A stretch of DNA of 64,000 bases. Origin: Chrysomallon squamiferum (lineage: Eukaryota > Animalia > Mollusca). Shown here piece by piece: positions 56,273-64,000 of this stretch (within the stretch, counting starts at the first letter, position 1; every line of letters starts with the position of its first letter). A program made the translations under genes and the position numbers. The stretch covers positions 10,106,001-10,170,000 of the forward strand of contig CM022667.1 in the NCBI GenBank assembly GCA_012295275.1, written 5' to 3'. The notes beneath the pieces were generated by a model. The model was not told where the DNA came from and did no database searches. It was given only the letters and a program-made list of their open reading frames with translations.

Positions 56273-59200
56273 ACTTTCTCTTCCAATATTTCATGAAAAG
56301 CATGCTAAATAACTTGTACGGAAAATATTTGAAGTCTTTCTTTTTCTTTTTGATGGCTTGCTAAATCGTAATACAGTCTAATTGTTTGGATACATTTTAT
56401 TTTAAAATGATAGCCCTGATTTAGATCTGTAATAATGTTTTATCAGAAAGGTAATCTATGACTGCATTTGATAAATATTCTTTCTCATCTGTTTTCTTTG
56501 TCATCATGTTTTTATTCAGCACGAGGAAGTTACAGAAAATATATTTGACTATTTTATTGAAGAAAACAAACTTGATCCAGGATTTAAAAAAGAAGGACTG
56601 AACGAAAAGGACAAAAATTTCATAAAACTGCTGACGAAGGGACTCCCTGACAATATGTCAAAACAGGTGAGACATTAACATGCCTCTATAACTAGGGAAT
56701 TGTTCTGAATGTTTAGTACCAACTGAAATAATATAACATAAAAGAAAATTATGTAATTATAGTTTACAAACTTGTTGAGATATTTCTATTCAACATACTA
56801 TTCCGCTGACTATCAGTTCACTCTGACAATCTATGATTTCCTTTCTCTTTTTGTTGTTATTCTCCTGTTTGTTTATTTTATTTATTTATTTATTTTTTTA
56901 CTTTTTTAATTCTTTATTTTTCCCCCCCTCAGGACTGGGAAAACATTGGCAGGGATGAAAGCAAACATTTTCTGTTTGAGGTGAAACTGATATTATTTTT
57001 GACTAAAACTGCTGTATTTGTATAAATGTTATGTTTATTATTGCTGTACATCGAAGACTAACTGAAATTTTCTAAACAGTAGTATTTGCTGTTTTCATAA
57101 ACGGAATAAAACATTGTCATTTCTCAAGTACTTTTACAACAATAACAACAACAACAATAAAAAGAAAAAACAAAAAGAAACAAGAACAAAAAACAAAACA
57201 AGAAAAAACAAGAAAACAAATAAACAAAAAAAAAAACACAAAAACCCCCAACAATTAAGCTACCAAAATGAAAGGGAAATAATAAAAAATTTTAATATGA
57301 AAATTTTGCATTTACTTTTTATTATGTTAGTACCAACAGAAACCCAAAAGCCATTTCATTTACTGTTATAATCGTTATTTATAAAATGAAACAAACATTT
57401 ATTAATAAAAAAGTTTGGCGATAAAATAAATCGTTCATAGAAATGAGGCTTCTGTTTCCTCTGATTTTAATCACTTTTTATTATTGTTATTACTATTATT
57501 ATTATTATTATTATTATTACTATTACTACTATTAGTATTATTACTATTATTACTGTTATTATTATTTTTGTTGTTGTTGTTATTTTTGTTGTTATTGTTG
57601 TTGTTCTGGTTGTGAAATGTTGTAATAAATAAAACACGGAAACTGCTCATTACCACTTTAACACATTTGATTTTAAAATCATGTTTTTCAGATAGTTGCA
57701 AATAAAAGTAACGGGACAGATGTAGACAAGTGGGATTATTTCGCACGAGACAGCTACATGCTCGGTTTTCAAAACAACTTCAATCATATTCGCTACATGT
57801 AGTTTGCCAAAGTTCTGAAAGCTGAAGATGGGCGATATCACATTTGTATGAGAGATAACGTGAAAAAATATTCATATCATCATGTTCATTATGATCATCA
57901 TCATCTTCTTTTTTCTTCTTTTTCTTATTAGTATTCTTTTTCCTGGTCATCATCATCAGTAATATCATTTACATCACCAGCCTGTAGTCAATAAAGTGAA
58001 TCATATACATAAAGGCATCATTAAACAAAGAGTTTGATTTGGAATTTATATAGTGATTATTTTTCATATATATTTTTATTTGAATTTCATTTTTAGAAAA
58101 ATGAATTTTAAAATATTTGTTTTTCTTGCAGCCAGTTTCACCTAGTTTTGTATTATGAAAATCATTTTTATCCATACCATTTCTGTTTGTACCAGTCATG
58201 AAATTAATGTTAGAAACATATTCTGTGAAATTGCTAGGGAATCAAACACAGTGAATCTGAGATTATATGTTAATAGCAGCTTTCAGTTTGATTAGTTTTC
58301 GAGTTTTTACTCAAACTACAGTTGGACTTTAAATCAATCCTTCAAGGTCGGAAGTAGAAAAATATTTCTGTTAATGTATATGAGGATTTCAAAGGAGTTA
58401 ATTTCATCTATTATATTGGCTGAACTGTAGATTAGTCGTCAGACCAGAGTACCACAGAATTATTTGTCTTCATTTCAGTACTGGACAGTTTTTTTTCTCA
58501 TTTAGCAAAACGTATGATACGTGTTTTCCTTCTATTATTGATAACATATGTTTCAGATTTCTTGGTATTTGATATGTTTGTATGTGGGTGTTGGTCTATA
58601 TGCACAGGTAGTATTTGTCTTATAGATATGTTTTATATTGCATTTTCTATTTGACGTCAGCAAATATATATATTTCCTCTTAATATTTTGAGTGCAGATC
58701 TGTATGGAAGTTATCTACCTTTGTATGTTTAGGTTTTGTTCCTCATTTTCGACGTGGTCCTCAATCTTATGTGTCAGTTGTAACTGTAAATATAATGTGA
58801 TGAGTTTGTCATTAAACATAATATTTCCTTCTTTCTTCTTTGTTTCCTTTCTTCCATCTTTCCTTCCAATATACTCTATAATGTAAAATTATTGAAAGCT
58901 TGTTATTTACTTCTTTGTTATTCTTCCTGAGACTTCATTGCTCAAAATAAACCACACGGCAATAAAATAAATAAACAAATAAATAAATAAATAAATAAAA
59001 ATAAGAATTACACTACTAATTTAATTTTATCATTATTACATTTTGCGAAATTTATTTAGTTATTTACTTATTTAATTTTGTTTTATTTTATTTCATTTAT
59101 TTTACTTTACTTTTGTTTCTTTATTTTTTAATTCATTTATTCATTTATATAGGTTTCTCGCCTGCTACCAGAACACTTTTCAGAACGTATTATCTGTTTT

Positions 59201-60029
59201 CTGTAAAGATAACGATGAAGAGAAACAAAGAAATGTTTTTAGCTACTTTTAAAAAATCTGTAAAGAAACTGGAATTGACAAATAAACATATGAATAAAAA
59301 AAAAAAATAATGATAACAATAATAATAAAGATTATGTAACATTTTTGAAGATAAATCTTTTATATATTTATCTACATAAAAAAAAAATAATAATTTAAAG
59401 TCACTAATATATAAGTATTTTCTTTTTTTTCCCCCAGTATTTAATGGATTAGTTTATTGTGGATATATATTTTAAATTTATTATTAATTTTTTTTTTTAA
59501 TTTTTCTCAAAAATATTTATTAGCCTTGTGGTATACTTTCTCCTCTCTTTATTTTCTTTGAAATTCTTTGTTCTGTGCAAATAAATGTATTCTTATTTTT
59601 ACAGAGCCCAAATGTTTCATTAATGGAACAAGCAGTTCAAGTACTATGGAATAAATTCAAAGAAAAAAGCAATGTTTTTTAATATTAAATGAAGTTTTTA
59701 AAAGGGACAGCTGAACTAATCTTAACTTTTTAATAAGGTTTCTTCGCTAACGAAACATTTGATGCCTTTATTTTATTCTAGTTACCTTTTGATTTGTTAT
59801 AATTTATACTTTGCATTGTGATAACAAATCCCTTTATTTCATTATCCTTTTGCATTTATTTGTGATAATTTGCATTTTATTTTATTCCCATTTCATTTAT
59901 ATTTGTGATAATTTACACTTTCCATCTGATAATAAATTCCTTTATTTGATTATATTTTGACTTTTATTTTTATATTTGCACGTTTCTCTAACGAAATAAT
60001 TGATGCTGTTATTTTATTACGACGAATGG

Positions 60030-60095
<66 letters not shown>

Positions 60096-60209
60096 CATAC
60101 ACACATACATATATACATACATACAATGTAAAGAATACCTGTCTTCAGTTCAGTACTGGGCAGTTTCATTTCTCTTTTAACAAATGTTATGGGTACGTAC
60201 TTTCCTATC

Positions 60210-60626
60210 GTGGAAAATAGGTATGAAATTTGTGTGAGTGCGCTGCAAATACGTACAACGCTACGTGTCGTATAGGGACACGTGCGCAGCCGAGCAAATG
60301 TCTCCGTACATCGCACGCGTCCACTCATCGGTAATGGTGGATGATCAGTCCACTCCTCCTGCGCCCTCTCATCCTAGCATCATCAGCTTTCTCTTCTTTT
60401 ACCTGTGAGGGCAGGCTCCCATCGATCACTGACCACGTTACAGAGTTGGTGACATCGTCCATCGTCAGCAAGGGCACCCTCATCTAACGCATCGTCGTAC
60501 GCTGGTCCTTCTGGCTGCTTCACCAATAACGTCTTGACGAGTCATCACCATCGCCACAAACCAAGACTGCGTTTGGTGATACACACTCTGAAGGTTGTCT
60601 CCGACACACTGTTCCACGCCAAGTGC
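60210..60626 (-). mobile_element. GC-rich degenerate DNA-transposon fragment, possibly pogo/Tigger (DDE_1/CENP-B-like) C-terminus
   Basis: Sharp GC-rich island. The minus strand reads LAWNSVSETTFRVCITK, resembling the AWxxVxxxTIxNCFxK motif of Tigger transposases. No intact ORF or TIRs identified. Confidence 0.4.
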
Positions 60627-60829
60627 AAAATATTTGAAATAACATAAAAATTATTTATTGCTACCTATATATATATATGTATTTTTTTTCTTCTATTACG
60701 TTTCTTGGGGAGCTGTGTAAGAATGGGAAATATAGTAGTGAATTTCTTAGATGAGGATTCTTCCTGACTTATAAAATAAGGCTTTTAGTAAGAGAAATGT
60801 ATATACAATTATTATTATTATTATTATTA

Positions 60830-60910
60830 ATATTATTATTATTATTAATTGTAATATTTCAACACGATATTAGGTTTTCGGTGACCCTAATATCGTGTTA
60901 AAATATTACA

Positions 60911-60930
<20 letters not shown>
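60830..60930. repeat. Foldback inverted repeat (MITE-like hairpin)
   Basis: ATTAATTGTAATATTTCAACACGATATTAGG, an 11-nt loop (60875-60885), then CCTAATATCGTGTTAAAATATTACAATTAAT. One mismatch. The arms are extended by (ATT)n/(AAT)n. Confidence 0.8.
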
Positions 60931-60944
<14 letters not shown>

Positions 60945-61319
60945 TCCTTTAGAATTATTTAGTAATTATGTTTTATTATTATATTTAAAAATGCAGTTTT
61001 CCAATTATCTCCCTGAAAATTTAATTCCTTCATCTTTTAAATTTCACTTGTGACACTGACAGTCTAATGTGGATGTTTTTGTCAATAAGAACATGAGGAA
61101 AAATGTATATACAGAGTAGTATACACAAACAACTTACATTTGTTTTTTCTTTTTTAATCATCAAAAAAGCCATGTGGCAGAGAGGGGGAAAAAAAAAGAT
61201 TAATAATTCACAAAATACAATCTAATTAAATTTATGTCGTAAAAATGAATGAACATTGGTAGATCATAAAACTTTGCTTTGAGTAGAGCCTTAATGTTAT
61301 TTATAATTAAGATCCCGCT

Positions 61320-61357
<38 letters not shown>

Positions 61358-61429
61358 CGCGCGTGTCCACATAATTTCATAACGTATGGATAACTAATAT
61401 TTGTTAGTGTTTGATTATAAATCTGCACA

Positions 61430-62996
61430 AATAATCACTTAAATAGTCATTTTATTTTAATATATAAAGTTTAGTAAATTATTCATTGAATATTTTAACG
61501 TTGTTTTTAATGTATTTTATTTTTTTACAGAAGTTGTAACATGAGTGTGTATGAAACAGATTGAGGTATTCTCCACATGATATGAGAAAAACACAAAAAA
61601 ACATAAATAAAAAATACCAAGATACAGCAAACCTAAGGATTTATTCATGTTACAGGGAAAAGTGAAATTATGAATCAGTAAATCAAATAAAACAAAAACA
61701 TTAAAGTTTAAACAATATCATAAATAAGTAATCAAGATACTGGAAGCAGATCATCCTCTGACTGAGGAAGGTTAGATGATAGGAAGCCAGTGCAAGCACC
61801 ATCTCGCTGTGAAAACTGGAGTTCTGAAACTGATGAAACTTCAGCCAGAAAGTCCATTCGGTTTTATTGTTATGTCCTAAGCAACAAACAAGTATGTCCT
61901 TAATGTCACAGAACTGTTCTTGCTACTGACCTTTGGCTCCGTGTATGCCTAAGTTTCACTTGTACAGTCACCAACTCTGGCCACGTTACTTTCAGTTCAG
62001 TGATTATATTATACATATTTCCTGATAATACATAATTCTAAAAACTCACCAGCAATAAAATAAAGGAATAAATTATCAAGTTAAAGAAAAGTGTAAATTA
62101 TCACAAATACAGATAAAACTGCAAAAAAAATAAAGGAATCAGTATTAATATAAATAAAAAGATATGAATTATTATAAATAAATATAAACACTAATAAGCT
62201 AAAGGAATCAGTTATAACATTAGTCAACTGTGAATTATTACCAATAAATCTAAATACTAATAAAGTACAGGAATGAGTTATAACATTAGTGAAAGTTAGG
62301 AATCGTTATAAATAAATCTAAATAGTAATAAAACAGTGGAATCAATTATAACATTATTGACAAATACGAATAACTACACATTAATCTAAATAATAATAAA
62401 TAAAGGAATCAAGTATCATTTTAGTGAAAATATAAAATAACACACACACACACAAAAAGATAAATAGCAATAAAAGAAAGGTATGAATTATCACTATAAC
62501 TTATGTAAAAAAGATATATATGTATTTTAAATTCATCTAAGATTAAAACACTCATCTTCCTCTTTGAATTTTTATTCCGCAGTACTTGTGCTAAGTAACC
62601 ACTGCGGATCTGTAATAATAAATAAAAATTTACTTTAAAAAACAAAGAATTACAAAGAAGACTTAGCTATGACAGAGGGCCAACAAATATTTAGAAAATA
62701 AAAAACAAATCCATTAATTAATAAAGAGAAAAGTTATATATTACTGACTTTATATTAATTCTATAAATACTAGTTAAAAGGTAAACGAAATAGGATGCTG
62801 AGAAAATAATTTTCTTATTTGGGGAGATTTCTTTTATTTTTATTGATTGATTATTTTTCATACCTCCAATTCCCTTCTCGTTACACATTTTTTTAAAGTA
62901 ACGAAAGAGATTTCTTTGTTTCTCTTCATCGTTATCTTTGCAGAAAACGTAGATAATACGTTCTGAAAAGTGTTCCGGTAGCAGACGTGAAACCTA

Positions 62997-63060
<64 letters not shown>

Positions 63061-64000
63061 TAGTAAATAAAAAAGAAAAGAAAGATAAACGAAAAAAAAA
63101 GGAACAATAAATAAAGACATAAATTAATATACATGACCTTTTCAACGGCTCTTCTGTATTAATCATGGATGTTGGTGTACATAAGGGATCGTACTTTTAT
63201 ATTTGCCTGAACGTACCTTGGATTTTTCTAGTTTAAAAGCTTTATCAGGCTGTGCTTTTGAGTAGAAAAACACATTTTCAACAGGATTTTTTTCCTTCAT
63301 CCCATAGTCAAATTTCAATTCCTATTAAACATAAAGAGAGTTTTGTGAAAAATAGTGAATCTGCCTAACTTTATGCAATTTTAACGAATATAGTATTAAA
63401 ATCTAGATATTCTTTGATAACAAAATCATTCAGTTATTTTCCAATTCTAATATATATATATATATTTGCAACATTAAAATAGTTTAGTGTATTCTTTATT
63501 AACGAAATAATTTAGAAATTTTCAACATTCTAATATATATTTATATATAAACTCCGCGGATTACCATTTCATAACAGCCTTCAACGTGTTCTTTCCGCAT
63601 CTCTTCTTCTGACATGTCACTAAGTACCTTTTCAATTCTACTGAACTAAAATAAACAACAGCCAAATATTACGACTCTTTCTTCTGTTTTTTCCTTCAAA
63701 TATATTTTTTTTCAAATTTGTTTTTCCATTTGGGCTTTTTCTGTCTTAGAACTCTGTGACAAACTTTAGTTTCCCAAGAAAACAGATTCAATTTTATATT
63801 TTTTTACTGCAAACAAATATTTTTTCCCATATTTTTGTTAAAAAGGCAGATTTATTTTCGTTAAATTTAACGATTTTGTGCATTATTACCAATTAAAACA
63901 AATGACAGCTACCAAAGAAAATTTATTGTAAAATCATTAAATAAAAGCCAAACAACCTCAGTTTCTGTGAGGTACGGACTTTGTGCAACACATTTGTCCG
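61430..64000 (-). repeat. Segmental duplication of the paralog-B 3' region (~38780-41390), same orientation, ~22.6 kb apart
   Basis: Exons, introns and 3' flank are colinear and near-identical, with scattered substitutions and indels. Confidence 0.92.
62572..64000 (-). CDS. SAMHD1-like paralog D, 3' exons only (continues beyond the window)
   Basis: Exons 63957->64000 ([14 protein letters not shown]), 63565-63645 ([27 protein letters not shown]), 63217-63321 ([13 protein letters not shown]), 62864-62993 (VSRLLPEHF), 62572-62609 (DPQWLLSTSTAE*). All are intact and in phase. Confidence 0.88.

Noticed and set aside
57800-57802. Rescue of the TAG stop in paralog C by A-to-I editing
   Set aside because: Editing would give Trp, not the ancestral Lys, and C has several other independent lesions.
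58719-58783. Minus-strand exon-like segment (CAG..GTAGAT, LQLTHKIEDHVENEEQNLNIQ) inside pseudogene C
   Set aside because: No recognisable homology and no partner exons. It could be chance splice-like signals.

Overview
AT-rich, microsatellite-dense animal genomic DNA with spliced genes (probably a mollusc, possibly a cephalopod; this is inferred from composition only). I reconstructed exons by hand from splice sites and protein motifs. Gene order: a canonical SAMHD1-like dNTP triphosphohydrolase (copy A, +, ~307-9992, 5' end probably outside the window); eIF2-beta/EIF2S2 (-, 15924-21303); glutathione synthetase GSS (-, 22796-29386); a head-to-head neutral sphingomyelinase of the SMPD3/SMPD5 type (+, 30577-35276); then a cluster of divergent SAMHD1 paralogs. 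These are B (-, 39949-~49030, essentially complete), C (+, 51322-59654, a decayed pseudogene with a triplicated exon) and D (-, 62572->64000, 3' end only, nearly identical to B). The paralog array is the main point of interest. Copy A keeps the catalytic, allosteric and CDK/cyclin-regulatory motifs. Copy B keeps the HD metal-binding core but has substitutions at sugar/base-selectivity residues (Y374S, Q375K in human numbering) and allosteric residues (R145H, N119K, H125C, N358H). B also lacks the T592/cyclin-binding tail and carries tandem, frame-incompatible copies of a basic NLS-like mini-exon. B and D differ by a cluster of purely non-synonymous changes in one exon. This resembles a birth-and-death family of re-tuned nucleotide-depleting enzymes, possibly antiviral (inference). 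Three apparent 1-nt frameshifts lie in homopolymer runs and may be assembly errors. Human residue numbers come from manual alignment to the human sequence as recalled, not from a computed alignment.
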